DNA from: Candidatus Hydrogenedentota bacterium
Lineage (GTDB): Bacteria; Hydrogenedentota; Hydrogenedentia; Hydrogenedentales; SLHB01
Assembly: GCA_963674865.2 (NCBI GenBank)
Contig: CAXXYE010000009.1
Span: 1,056,001-1,120,000, forward strand
Length of the DNA: 64,000 nucleotides
Reading direction: 5' to 3'
Every line of letters begins with the position of its first letter. Position 1 is the first letter of the stretch. The position numbers were made by a program, and so were the translations under genes. Positions 10,462-20,518 of this stretch are shown here, in pieces. The notes beneath the pieces were generated by a model. It searched no databases and was not told the DNA's origin. It worked only from the letters and a program-made list of their open reading frames with translations.

Positions 10462-11829
10462 TTACTGGCCATCACCCGCGGGCGTTGCCGCTTGTTGCCG
10501 TTTCCGCACGGCCGTGGCATACAAGGCGATGATGGACATGAACACAACGAACAAGATGCTCATGGACAGGCCTAGAAGATTGGCGTTGCGGACGACTACC
10601 TCCGGCGCCTGGCCGTCGAGCATGTGCGCGATAACCTGTTCCTGGACAACCGGGCCGATGCTTCCCATACCGTTCACCAGGCCCGCCACCGCCACCGCGT
10701 TGCGCTCTCCGGCCACAACGACGGAGGCGGCTCCGCAAAGGAGGGTGTCGGGGCCGTAGAGCATGAATCCTACCAATCCGAAGCAGAAGGCCAAGGCTAC
10801 CGGATTCGCGCCGAACTGGATCACGGTAAGGTAGCCGACCACCATTCCGAGGCCCATGACGAGACACAGGAGGTGCCACCGCCCGCGAAACACTGCATCC
10901 AGCGCGATGCCGGCTATGATCGCGCCCGCCAGCCCCGCCCAGTCGAAGATCGTCGAGTAGTAAGCCGCGTGGGCCACATTCATGCCTTGGATGTGGAGAA
11001 AGGTCGGGAGCCAGGAGTCCAGGGCGTAGCGGAGACACTTGATGCAGAAATAGGAAGCGCCCATGAGGGGAACCACGGGATTGAGGATGAGCTTGAGATA
11101 TTCGGCGAAAGAAATCTGCTCCGCCGTCGAGGCTTCTACCGAGCGATCTCCCTCGGCTTTGAGGTCGACAATGGGGGAGAGGCCGACGTCCTCCGGCTTG
11201 GTTCGCTGCCAGAAATAGATGAGCCACCAGATCGCGAACGCAAGAAGCGTGCAGCCGAAAAACGCGTACCGCACGCCCATGTGGCCATCACCATACTTCT
11301 CCGTATAGTGAAGGAGCAGGAAACCTCCCAGCATCTTCACGACGATATTGCCCACAACGTAGTTCGTCGACCAGTAGCCCATGATCCTCCCGCGTTCCTT
11401 CTTGCGGAGCCATTCAGCAACGCTGCCCACCGTGCCCGGCCAGCCCGCCGCCTGCACCAGGCCGTTGAAGAACATGAATACCAGGAAGGTGTGGTACGAG
11501 TTGGCGAAGCCGAACACCACATTGCATGCCATTGAAAGCGCGAGGCCGCCCAAGAGAAGCACGCGCGGCCCCCATTTCCGGCCGATGAAGCTGTTGATGA
11601 ACTGGCCGAGCAGGTAGGCCACGAGGTAGGCCGTCCAGATATTCCCCACGCCGATGAAGCCGAAGCCATACTTCTTCTCCAGCGTTGTCTTGCATATGCT
11701 GAATACTTTGCGCACCAGGTAGAAGCCCGCGTAGGCGAAGTACGTGGATATCAGTATCTTCCACCGCCATATGCGGTGGTCGAACGAAAGGACTACCTCC
11801 TCGCTCTCTTGCTGCGCCGGTTCCGACAT
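10462..11829 (-). CDS. MFS transporter, organophosphate:Pi antiporter (GlpT/UhpT-like) family
   Basis: YAGFYLVRK (conserved Arg), NGLVQAAGWP, W..KKERGRIMGYWST, CIKCLRY...WLP and about 12 TM helices. Confidence 0.88.
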   Translation of the reverse strand: MSEPAQQESEEVVLSFDHRIWRWKILISTYFAYAGFYLVRKVFSICKTTLEKKYGFGFIGVGNIWTAYLVAYLLGQFINSFIGRKWGPRVLLLGGLALSMACNVVFGFANSYHTFLVFMFFNGLVQAAGWPGTVGSVAEWLRKKERGRIMGYWSTNYVVGNIVVKMLGGFLLLHYTEKYGDGHMGVRYAFFGCTLLAFAIWWLIYFWQRTKPEDVGLSPIVDLKAEGDRSVEASTAEQISFAEYLKLILNPVVPLMGASYFCIKCLRYALDSWLPTFLHIQGMNVAHAAYYSTIFDWAGLAGAIIAGIALDAVFRGRWHLLCLVMGLGMVVGYLTVIQFGANPVALAFCFGLVGFMLYGPDTLLCGAASVVVAGERNAVAVAGLVNGMGSIGPVVQEQVIAHMLDGQAPEVVVRNANLLGLSMSILFVVFMSIIALYATAVRKRQQAATPAGDGQ

Positions 11830-11913
11830 GCTGATCCTCCCCTGCTTGATTCCCCACGACGTTTGGAGCCGTCCGCGCACGGCTCCGGTTCTTCTCGGCC
11901 TTCATTGAGATGG

Positions 11914-11956
11914 TGTTTGATTATGTTCGGATTCGAGCGATATGATAAGTTCGCTC
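11914..11956. promoter_or_regulatory. Putative DeoR/GlpR-type operator in the divergent intergenic region
   Basis: TATGTTCGGATTCGAGCGAT (11922-11941) resembles the GlpR operator consensus. An overlapping inverted repeat GAGCGA-N10-TCGCTC spans 11935-11956. Confidence 0.5.
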
Positions 11957-12074
11957 CAGGGAGATGTCAAACTCGGGAAGACACATGCCAACATCCGGAA
12001 AGACAAGCGCTCAGGCCACTGTGGCTAGTGAAACGGAGCCGACGGCGAACGGCTTGTGCAGAGGAACGGCCCGA

Positions 12075-12833
12075 ATGAACGCGCGCCATGAGAGGATAGT
12101 CGCGTTCTTGGGCGGGCGCGGCGAGGCGTCGGTTCAAGATCTCGCCGAGCATTTCGATGTGAGCCTCATGACTATTCGCCGCGACCTGGCCCTACTGGAA
12201 AGGGCGGGGCGATTGACGCGCACGCACGGCGGCGCCGTCCTTTCCAAGCCGGGCGTCGTGGAATTTGCCTTTGTGGAGAAGGGCGAGCGGTTTGCCGCCG
12301 AGAAGCGCGCTATAGCACGCGAGGCGGCCCGCCTGGTTCAGCCCGGGATGTCCGTGGCCCTCGACAGTGGCACGACCACGCTGGAAGTGGCCAAGGCGAT
12401 CCGAAGCATCGACGGCATCACGGTGCTCACGTCCTCGCTGGCCATCGCCTCCGTTCTCTACGCGCAGGATAACGTCGAGCTCGTGCTCCTGGGCGGGACG
12501 GCCCGGAAGGGGAGTCCCGATCTCACGGGATGGCTTACGGAAGAGAACCTCAAGCAGTTCAAGGTGGACCTCGCCATCGTCGGGGCGGACGGCGTGACGC
12601 CCGACGGCGCGTACACCAAGGCGGTCGATTTGACGCGCGTGTGCCAGGCGGTTATGGCCGCCGGCCAACGAACCATCCTCGTCCTCGACCACAGCAAGCT
12701 GGGGAAGACCTCCTTCGCGCGCTTCACCACGCTCAACAGGATCGACCACCTGATCACGGATGCGGGGGCAGCGAGTCCCACGCGGAAATGGCTCTCAAAG
12801 GCCGTCAGCAACATCACTTACGCGAAGGTTTGA
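12075..12833 (+). CDS. DeoR/GlpR family transcriptional regulator
   Basis: HTH SVQDLAEHFDVSLMTIRRDL, RTHGGA, LDSGTTT, DHSKLG, LITD. Divergent from the sugar operon. Confidence 0.95.
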   Translation: MNARHERIVAFLGGRGEASVQDLAEHFDVSLMTIRRDLALLERAGRLTRTHGGAVLSKPGVVEFAFVEKGERFAAEKRAIAREAARLVQPGMSVALDSGTTTLEVAKAIRSIDGITVLTSSLAIASVLYAQDNVELVLLGGTARKGSPDLTGWLTEENLKQFKVDLAIVGADGVTPDGAYTKAVDLTRVCQAVMAAGQRTILVLDHSKLGKTSFARFTTLNRIDHLITDAGAASPTRKWLSKAVSNITYAKV

Positions 12834-13193
12834 CCGCTCTCTTTCGAGAGGTGGCATTGCCCATGAAGAGTCCTAATGCCGCCTCCGCATTCTTGTTCAC
12901 GCCTCAACGCTTCCCGAGTCATATCCGTCACATCCTGCGGCCGATTGCGAAGACGTAGGAGTCGCCGTCGGACATTGGGCTGAAGACAAGTTCATCGTGG
13001 CTCTGTGCAAGCATGTCGGGCGCGGTTGGCCTGTTCCGGCACTTCTGATATGTTGGATGCGATGGAGCGCCCTGAAGCGAGCGGAACCTGCGCGGCCCGG
13101 CACATGTCGAGCGCCAACGGCGAGGCCATACACACAATAACCTTCGAGCAGGGCCAACGGAAGCACAACCGTTCAGAATGAGAGGATACGAGC

Positions 13194-14852
13194 ATGGCAT
13201 CCGGCGACAAAGGACAAGGAAAGGCAGCACACAGGCCGCACGGTATTGAATACCTCCGTGATCCGGCGTTGAACAAAGGCACGGCCTTTACCGAAGAGGA
13301 ACGCGACGCCCTCGGATTGCGCGGATTGCTTCCGCCGCGGATCTCCACACAGGACGAACAGGAGAAACGCATCCTCGAGAACTTCGCCCGCAAGCCAAGC
13401 GACCTCGAGAAGTACATCTTTCTCATCGGCCTGCAAGATCGCAACGAGCGCATGTTCTATCGCACCGTCATCGACAACATCGAAACGATGATGCCCATCA
13501 TCTACACGCCGACGGTGGGCGAGGCGTGCATGAAATTCGGACATATCCTACGCCGTCCTCGCGGATTGTACCTTACGGTTAACGACCGGGGCCGGCTGGC
13601 CGAACTCATGCGGAACTGGCCGCACCGGGACGTGGACATCATCGTTGTGACGGATGGCCAGCGCATTCTCGGCTTGGGCGACCTCGGCGCGAACGGCATG
13701 GGCATCCCCATTGGGAAGCTGTCTCTCTACACCGCCTGCGCGGGGGTGGATCCGGGGCGCTGCCTCCCGATTATGCTCGACGTAGGCACCGATAACGAAG
13801 AACTGCTGAACGACCCGCTGTACATCGGCACATTGCAGCGCCGGCTCCACGGGCCGGATTATGACGCGCTCGTCGAGGAATTCATGGCCGCCGCCGAGGA
13901 GGTCTTTCCGGATGTGCTTATCCAGTTCGAGGACTTCGGTACGCGCAACGCCTTTCGATTGCTCGACAAGTACCGAGATCGATACTGCGTTTTCAACGAC
14001 GATATCCAAGGCACGGCGGCGGTAACGCTTGCCGGACTCTACTCGGCGATGCGCATGATCGATGGGCGGCTGGCGGATCAGAAGATCCTCTTCCTTGGCG
14101 CGGGTGAGGCCGCCATCGGCATCGCGAACCTGATCGTTGCAGCCATGGTAGCCGAGGGCGTCCCCGAGAAGGCGGCCCGGGAACGGTGCTGGTTCGTGGA
14201 CTCGCGGGGACTTGTCGTCGAGCGGCGCGAACACCTTCAGGAGCACAAGCGGCTCTACGCGCACGATTCGGCGTTCCTGCCGGACCTGGCCTCGGCCGTG
14301 GAGTCCTTGAAGCCCACGGCGTTAATTGGCGTGTCGGGGCAGCCGCAGACGTTCACGCAGGGCGTGATCGAGCGCATGGCCGAATTCAACGAGCGGCCGT
14401 TGGTTCTCGCCCTGTCGAATCCCACCTCGAAAGCCGAGTGTACAGCCGAGCAGGCTTACGCGTGGTCGCAAGGCCGGGCGATCTTCGCCAGTGGCAGCCC
14501 CTTTGCTAAGGTGGCCTTCGAGGGCCGGACGTACCAACCGGGGCAGTCCAACAATGCCTATATCTTCCCGGGCCTTGGCCTTGGCCTGATCGCTTGCCGC
14601 GCGCGGCGCGTCGTGGACGAGATGTTCTACGTGGCCGCGAAGAGCCTCGCCGAGCAGACAGGCGATGACGACTTGGCCGCAGGCTGCCTGTTCCCGCCGT
14701 TGACGGCTATTCGCCGCGTCTCAGAGGCTATTGCCGTGCGCGTTGCCCAGGTCGCCTACGCGCAGGACCTCGCCGTCACGCCCCGCCCCGACGACCTGCC
14801 TGCCCACATCCGCGGCATTATGTACTCGCCGGAGTACGAGTCCTTCGTGTAG
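13194..14852 (+). CDS. maeA: NAD(P)-dependent malic enzyme, large-subunit (MaeA/SfcA-type) class
   Basis: LNKGTAFT, PIIYTPTVGEAC, VTDGQRILGLGDLG, IQFEDF, FNDDIQGTA, GAGEAAIG, LSNPTSKAEC, NNAYIFPG. Confidence 0.93.
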   Translation: MASGDKGQGKAAHRPHGIEYLRDPALNKGTAFTEEERDALGLRGLLPPRISTQDEQEKRILENFARKPSDLEKYIFLIGLQDRNERMFYRTVIDNIETMMPIIYTPTVGEACMKFGHILRRPRGLYLTVNDRGRLAELMRNWPHRDVDIIVVTDGQRILGLGDLGANGMGIPIGKLSLYTACAGVDPGRCLPIMLDVGTDNEELLNDPLYIGTLQRRLHGPDYDALVEEFMAAAEEVFPDVLIQFEDFGTRNAFRLLDKYRDRYCVFNDDIQGTAAVTLAGLYSAMRMIDGRLADQKILFLGAGEAAIGIANLIVAAMVAEGVPEKAARERCWFVDSRGLVVERREHLQEHKRLYAHDSAFLPDLASAVESLKPTALIGVSGQPQTFTQGVIERMAEFNERPLVLALSNPTSKAECTAEQAYAWSQGRAIFASGSPFAKVAFEGRTYQPGQSNNAYIFPGLGLGLIACRARRVVDEMFYVAAKSLAEQTGDDDLAAGCLFPPLTAIRRVSEAIAVRVAQVAYAQDLAVTPRPDDLPAHIRGIMYSPEYESFV

Positions 14853-14873
14853 GGGGGGGACGAGAGCCGGGGC

Positions 14874-16172
14874 CTACACGCTCTCCAGCCCGAGCCGGAA
14901 GAAGGCGTTGGCGTTGTCGAAGAGCCAAGCGCGGGCAACCTCTTTGGCGTCGTCGAGGCCGAGGTAATCGATCTCAACCATGTCGCTGAGGGCGATGGCG
15001 ATGTTGTCCCGGGCAATCGAGGCGTGGGCCCACGCGCGGTCGGGCGTGCCGCCGAAGTCGGAGCCGTAGCCGTGGATCTTGCCGTGGGGGACGCACGACA
15101 GGGCCTGCTTGAACATGTTCTGGCAATAGACGGGATCGATGATGTTGGCCCAGCAGAAGTCGATGGCGACATTCGGATAGTTCTTGCCGAGGTAGAGGAG
15201 CTCGCCGCTGTAGGGCCAGTTGGCGTGGAACAGGTCGAACCGCACGTCCCGGTGGAGTTCGAGCACGCGGGTAAGGCCGGCGGCGTTGGTTTTGACGATG
15301 TCGTTGCGGATGCCGGCCATGTGGCCCGTGTGGATCTGGACGGGGAGGTCCATATCGCGCGCCATCCGCATGAACTCGTGGAACAGGAAGTCGTCGAGGG
15401 GCCGGACGCCATCCGGGTAGGAGGCGACGCGCCGCGGGTCCTCCATGAACCAATTGAAGACGGCCTCCGCCTCTGCGCGCGAAGGGTTGCCGTAATCGAG
15501 GGTGCGGTTGTAGGCGCTCTGGTCCTTGAAGGCCACCGCCCCGAAGCGCTTCCAGCCTTCGAAGATCTCACGGCACGCGCCGAGGTATTCTTCCAGGCTG
15601 GTGACATTGCGCTGAAGCGGCGCGACAAGCTCCCGCACGGCGCCGTAGCTCCGAATGGCGTGGTAGGCTGGAAGGCCGATAACGATGCGGGCGCGAGGCG
15701 CGAGCTGTAGCGTGCCGTCGAGAACCTGCTGGGGCGACTTCGGCCAGACGTTGGCCAGACGCGCCGCGATCTTGGCGTCTTCGAGCACGGCTTCGAAGCG
15801 TTCGCGGTCCTCGAAGTCGAGGAGTTTGCCCGCCATGCGTTGGAGCGCCTCCAAGGTGACCTCGTCCTCATCGTAGAACTTCTTCAGAACGCGGCGCACA
15901 ACTTGCGCGTAACCGGTGTGGCACGTGCGTTTCCACACGCGCTCGAATAGGGGCCAGCGCACCTCGATGGGAAGCTCCTTGTTTCCAATGGTGTCGAGTT
16001 CCTCATCGGAGGACGCGCTCTGCATATCGCTGGTGAAATATCCGCTGAGGATGACCTGAAGTGGATCTGTATATTTGGGGCCGCACTCAAGGGTGTGATC
16101 GTGACAGTCCACGAGGGGGATGCCCTCGACATAATCACGCAATTCATCGTAGCACTTGGCCGTGCCTCGCAT
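14874..16172 (-). CDS. Amidohydrolase superfamily protein
   Basis: Metal-ligand motifs VDCHDH, FKDQSAY, QIHTGH, LFHA, YGSD. Confidence 0.85.
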   Translation of the reverse strand: MRGTAKCYDELRDYVEGIPLVDCHDHTLECGPKYTDPLQVILSGYFTSDMQSASSDEELDTIGNKELPIEVRWPLFERVWKRTCHTGYAQVVRRVLKKFYDEDEVTLEALQRMAGKLLDFEDRERFEAVLEDAKIAARLANVWPKSPQQVLDGTLQLAPRARIVIGLPAYHAIRSYGAVRELVAPLQRNVTSLEEYLGACREIFEGWKRFGAVAFKDQSAYNRTLDYGNPSRAEAEAVFNWFMEDPRRVASYPDGVRPLDDFLFHEFMRMARDMDLPVQIHTGHMAGIRNDIVKTNAAGLTRVLELHRDVRFDLFHANWPYSGELLYLGKNYPNVAIDFCWANIIDPVYCQNMFKQALSCVPHGKIHGYGSDFGGTPDRAWAHASIARDNIAIALSDMVEIDYLGLDDAKEVARAWLFDNANAFFRLGLESV

Positions 16173-16200
16173 GGTAGCTCCTTTCAGTGAACGGCTGTGG

Positions 16201-19200
16201 TCATTTCACCTTGCTGGTGAATTCATATGAACCGGAACCAATCTCAAAGACGGCGGCCCCGCCCTGCATGCCTTCGTACTCTACGCCCGGTGCTTCAGCC
16301 GCGGACTTGCCGCCCTCGGTGACGGCATCGGCGTCGGTGGTCGGCACGTATACGGTAGCGCGGGCGTTCGAGGGAATCGACACCTTCAGTGTGAATGCCC
16401 CGTCCTCGACGCGCCAATCCGTGGCGATTGGGCCGCGAATGGACAAGTACTCGCCCGCGGCGTGGGTGAAGCCGCCGCCGGGCCGTGGGCGGATGATGAC
16501 GTGTTGATAAGCAGGCTCTTCGGGGTCGAGGTCGATGCCTGCCAGGTTCCGGTACATCCAGTCGCCGACGGCGCCGTAGGCGTAGTGGTTGAAGGAGTTC
16601 ATGCCGGGATCCTGGAAACCGCCGTGCTCCGTCCAGCCGTCCCATCGCTCCCAGATGGTGGTGGCGCCGTGCCTCACCGAGTAGAGCCACGATGGATAGG
16701 TATCGTTCGTGAGAAGTTGGTAGGCCACGTCGATACGGCCCCCGTCGGCGAGCGCGTCGAGCAGGTAGGGGCAGCCGACGAATCCCGTAGTGAGGTGCCC
16801 GCCGGCATCCTTGACGCGCTGGGCGAGGCGTTCGACAGCGGCGGGGCGCAGAGCCTCCGGCAGGAGGTCGAAATGGAGCGCCAGCACGTAGCACGTCTGC
16901 GTATCGCCCTCGATGTGGCCGTTCTCGTGGACGAAGGCGTTGATGAATGCGGCCTTGATGTCCTGGAGCAGCCGCTCGTATCGCGCCGCATCATCCTCTC
17001 TTCCGATGAGGGTGGCCATTTTCGACAGCAATCGAGCCGAGTAAGCGAAAAACGCCGTGGCAATGAGCTCCTTGGGGATGTTGTCGTCTTTGTTCAGCCA
17101 GTCGCCGTAATTGTTGTTCAGGTGATTCCGCCGGACGAGATCCGGATTGTCGATGCCGCAGTAGTCGATCCACTCTTGCATGGCCGCGTAATGCTTCTCG
17201 ATGAGGCGCGTGTCTCCATAGCATTGGTAGATCGTCCACGGAATGATGATTCCCGCATCGCCCCATGCTGGCGCCCCCTCCGCCGTACTGACGACCCGCG
17301 GGGCCACGTTCGGGAAGGCGCCGTTCGGGTGCTGCGCGTCCTCGACGTCCTGCATCCATTTGGTGAAGAAGGCCGCCGTGTCCATGTTGAAGCAAGCGGT
17401 TCGGCAGAACACCTGGGCATCGCCCAACCACCCGAGCCGTTCATCGCGCTGCGGGCAGTCGGTGGGCACTTCGAGGAAATTCCCCTTCTGCCCCCAGAGG
17501 ATATTGCTCTGAAGTTGGTTGAGCATCTGATGCGAGGAGGTGAAGCGGCCGGCGGGGGCTGTCGCCGAGTGGAGCACGACGCCGGTAAGGGCGTCAGCTC
17601 CCGGCGTCTCCGGATAGCCGGTGATCTCGACGTAGCGGAAGCCGTGAAAGGTGAATGTGGGGGCCCAGACCTCTTCGCCGTCACCCCGGAGCCAATACTC
17701 GTCGATGCACCGCGCGCCGCGCAGATTCTCGACGTAGAGCGTGCCGTCGGGATTCAGGAACTCCCCGAAGCGTAAGGTAATCTTCTTCCCGCGCTCGCCC
17801 TTTACCTTCAGCTTGACGTAGCCTACCATGTTCTGGCCGAGGTCCAGGATGAAGACTCCAGGGCGAGGCTCGGATACGGCTTGAGGCTTGAGCAATTCAT
17901 GCGCCTGGACGGGCACGCCCGGATAGGCCTGCAACTGGGGAGCGGACAACGCCCCCTCCTTCACCGGCGACCACTCCGCATCGTCGAATCCGGCGACGTC
18001 CCAGCCGGGGAGCTCGCGTCGGGCGTCATATTGCTCGCCCATGTAGAAGTCGGAGCCGATGATGGGGCCGTGAGCGGCGCGCCAGGTCGTGTCCGTAACG
18101 AAAGTCTCCTTCGAACCGTCGGTGTAGGTGACCTCAAGCTGGATCAGTGCGCGGGGTCGGCGTTCGGCGTCGACGCGCCTTTCGAGGAGATAGCCGAGGT
18201 AGCCGCTATACCATCCGTGGCCGAGCGCGAGGCCCAGCGCGTTCTCCCCCTCACGAAGGTGCTCGGTGACGTCATAGGTATTGTAATAGACACGTTTATC
18301 GAAGTCGGTCCATCCGGGCGTGAAGTAATCTTCGCCTGCCTTCGCGCCGTTGATGCGCAGTTCGTAGAGGCCGAGGGCAGAGGCGTAGACGGTGGCCTGC
18401 TCGACAGGCTTCGCGAGTGCGATGTCCTTTCGCAGATAGGGGCAGGGCGGGATCTCGAGAACCGTCGGCTGAAACGCGCCCCATGGCTTGTCGCCGGCCT
18501 TGCCCGCCTCAACGAGGTTGGGCCAGTCAGAATCGTCGAAGGCGCGTGTCTCCCAGCCGGAATCGAACTCTTCGCCCCCCTTCCATGAGCCGTCCACGGG
18601 GATCGACGCGATGGCGCCGTCATCGTAGGCGACCTCAAGCACGCCGATGACGCTCGCGGGCATGGGCGAGTTGACGTGTGTGGCGTGAATGGCCAAGGTA
18701 TTCTCACCGGCTTCGAGCCGCCCGGTGACGTCGATGAGGGCGGGGCGCCGCCAGGCCCAGAAGCGGCCATCGCTCGCGCCGGCTTCGGCCCCGTTGACGA
18801 AAAGCGTGAACTGGCCGCCGGAGGATAGCACGCACTGAGCGCGCTGGATGTCCCGGCCTTCCGGTATCTCCACCATCCCGCGATAGACACGAGGGGGATG
18901 CGGCCCGCCCCGCATGAGATCGTCGCCGGGGAGGGCCATCCAGGCGCATGCGTCGAGCGCGGGAGGCTCAGGCCGGCCGAGCGTGGCCGGATGAGGCTCG
19001 TCAAAGCCGATCCACCGGGCCTGCCAATCCTCATCCTTCAGCAGGCCCATTTCCCACCAGGCGATGTCGCTCCAGGGGCCTTCCACGCCGTTCTCGTCCC
19101 ACACGCGAACACGCCACCAGCAATGCCACCGGGAGTGCAGGGGGAAACCGTCATAGGCCACCTGCGCCGACTGATCCGACGCGACTTTGCCGGAGTCCCA

Positions 19201-19383
19201 GATATCGCCAAGGCCTGCCTCCACCTTGTTGCGCGCCCAGGCACAGACAACTTGGTAGGCGCTCTGGCGTCGCCCGCGCTTTTCAGACTCCAGCATCCAA
19301 CTGAAACGCGGCTGGAGCACATCGATTCCGCGGGGATTCTCCTTGTATTCAACTTTGAGTGACGTGGGCTTCAATCCGGCCAT
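16201..19383 (-). CDS. Alpha-L-rhamnosidase (GH78), no signal peptide
   Basis: PRFSW...WDSGKV N-domain, ASALGLYELRING, DLGQNMVG, FTFHGFRYVE, PTDCPQRDERLGWLGD, GATTIWERWD, MNSFNHYAYGAV. AAGGA precedes ATG 19383 (alternative start 19416). Confidence 0.95.
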   Translation of the reverse strand: MAGLKPTSLKVEYKENPRGIDVLQPRFSWMLESEKRGRRQSAYQVVCAWARNKVEAGLGDIWDSGKVASDQSAQVAYDGFPLHSRWHCWWRVRVWDENGVEGPWSDIAWWEMGLLKDEDWQARWIGFDEPHPATLGRPEPPALDACAWMALPGDDLMRGGPHPPRVYRGMVEIPEGRDIQRAQCVLSSGGQFTLFVNGAEAGASDGRFWAWRRPALIDVTGRLEAGENTLAIHATHVNSPMPASVIGVLEVAYDDGAIASIPVDGSWKGGEEFDSGWETRAFDDSDWPNLVEAGKAGDKPWGAFQPTVLEIPPCPYLRKDIALAKPVEQATVYASALGLYELRINGAKAGEDYFTPGWTDFDKRVYYNTYDVTEHLREGENALGLALGHGWYSGYLGYLLERRVDAERRPRALIQLEVTYTDGSKETFVTDTTWRAAHGPIIGSDFYMGEQYDARRELPGWDVAGFDDAEWSPVKEGALSAPQLQAYPGVPVQAHELLKPQAVSEPRPGVFILDLGQNMVGYVKLKVKGERGKKITLRFGEFLNPDGTLYVENLRGARCIDEYWLRGDGEEVWAPTFTFHGFRYVEITGYPETPGADALTGVVLHSATAPAGRFTSSHQMLNQLQSNILWGQKGNFLEVPTDCPQRDERLGWLGDAQVFCRTACFNMDTAAFFTKWMQDVEDAQHPNGAFPNVAPRVVSTAEGAPAWGDAGIIIPWTIYQCYGDTRLIEKHYAAMQEWIDYCGIDNPDLVRRNHLNNNYGDWLNKDDNIPKELIATAFFAYSARLLSKMATLIGREDDAARYERLLQDIKAAFINAFVHENGHIEGDTQTCYVLALHFDLLPEALRPAAVERLAQRVKDAGGHLTTGFVGCPYLLDALADGGRIDVAYQLLTNDTYPSWLYSVRHGATTIWERWDGWTEHGGFQDPGMNSFNHYAYGAVGDWMYRNLAGIDLDPEEPAYQHVIIRPRPGGGFTHAAGEYLSIRGPIATDWRVEDGAFTLKVSIPSNARATVYVPTTDADAVTEGGKSAAEAPGVEYEGMQGGAAVFEIGSGSYEFTSKVK

Positions 19384-19434
19384 GAGACTTCCTTTGCTGG
19401 TTTCGAGGTCTTCCATTACTTCGATTGCGGGCTC

Positions 19435-20484
19435 TCACGCGCGCTTGAAGGCCGAGAGGGTCTTCCATGCGCACTGCTCCCAGGTGAACTCCGCGGCGAG
19501 CTGCTGCCCGAGTTTGGCCTGGCGTTCCCGTTCGTCGTCGGACTCCGTAACGGCCCGGCGCATCGCCCCTACGAGCGACTTGGCGCTCTCCGGATTGCAG
19601 AAGATAGGGGCGCTTCCGGCGACTTCCGGAATGCCGCCCACCCGGCCCGCCGTGACGCGCGTGCCTGCACGCATGGCCTCGAGAACCGTGACGCCCGAAC
19701 CCTCGTACAACGAGGCACATACGCAGACGGCGGAGTGCTGGTAGAGTCCCGCGAGCTGCGTGGCCGGGCAGCGGTCGATGCGGAGTACGTGAGGCCCCCA
19801 ATCCTCAGGTTCGGCATCGCCGGGCGCCCCGACGACCACCAGGTTGTGAGGGTGCTCTTCCTCGAGTTTGTGGAATGCTTCCATGAGGACGGGGATGTTC
19901 TTTGTCTGCCGAGTCCGCCCGACAGCGAGGATGTACGGCTCTTCGACGACGCCGGGCTGGGATATCGCGAAAACGTCATCCACGCCCAGAGGGGCCACAA
20001 CGACCTTGTCCATGGGGATATCCAACACACGCAAGAGGTTCTCCCGGATGTACCGGGAGGGAGCCACCACGACGGATAGGGCGTTCGTGTACTTCGGGTG
20101 TCGCGGCTTCTTTGAGGCGAAGCGCCGACGGCTCGTTTCGGATTGTTCCCACGGGGATAGATCCATCACGTAGGGCACAACCGGCAACGGCGGCTTCTCG
20201 GGAACGCCGCTCAGATGAGTGAAGACGAGGTCGGCGCCGGCCCCGACCGCCGCCTCATACAGCAGTTGCTCAGGCCGGCCCGAGCGACCACGCCGAGTTT
20301 CTGCTTCGCTGAGGCAGAAGCGCTCCCAACCTGCGAACGAATCGTGGTTTTCGGCGTCGGTGAAGAGAAGAAAGCGCGTACTGGGCTGAAGCTCGCGCAT
20401 TTTGGCCAGGACACGCCGAAGGTAGAGTTCTTCGCCCCCCCCTTGGTGGGCCGTTAGGCTCAACGTGTTTACACCGATCAGCAT
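19435..20484 (-). CDS. Glycosyltransferase family 4 (GT-B)
   Basis: VGRTRQTKN, SLYEGSGVTVLEAM (EX7E), GIPEVAG, FTWEQCA. Confidence 0.9.
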   Translation of the reverse strand: MLIGVNTLSLTAHQGGGEELYLRRVLAKMRELQPSTRFLLFTDAENHDSFAGWERFCLSEAETRRGRSGRPEQLLYEAAVGAGADLVFTHLSGVPEKPPLPVVPYVMDLSPWEQSETSRRRFASKKPRHPKYTNALSVVVAPSRYIRENLLRVLDIPMDKVVVAPLGVDDVFAISQPGVVEEPYILAVGRTRQTKNIPVLMEAFHKLEEEHPHNLVVVGAPGDAEPEDWGPHVLRIDRCPATQLAGLYQHSAVCVCASLYEGSGVTVLEAMRAGTRVTAGRVGGIPEVAGSAPIFCNPESAKSLVGAMRRAVTESDDERERQAKLGQQLAAEFTWEQCAWKTLSAFKRA

Positions 20485-20518
20485 GCTATGCGCCGCCCTT
20501 TGGGCCTTGCGGAGTCGC

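Noticed and set aside
12834..13193. Intergenic stem GAGGTGGCATT/AATGCCGCCTC (12848-12885) and the small ORFs in this gap as a riboswitch or sRNA
   Set aside because: No recognisable riboswitch consensus and only a weak U-tract. At most a terminator-like hairpin after deoR. The ORFs have no coding hallmarks.
14852..14859. G8 tract between the convergent maeA and amidohydrolase genes
   Set aside because: It lies at and after the stop codon, so length change would have no evident coding or promoter effect.
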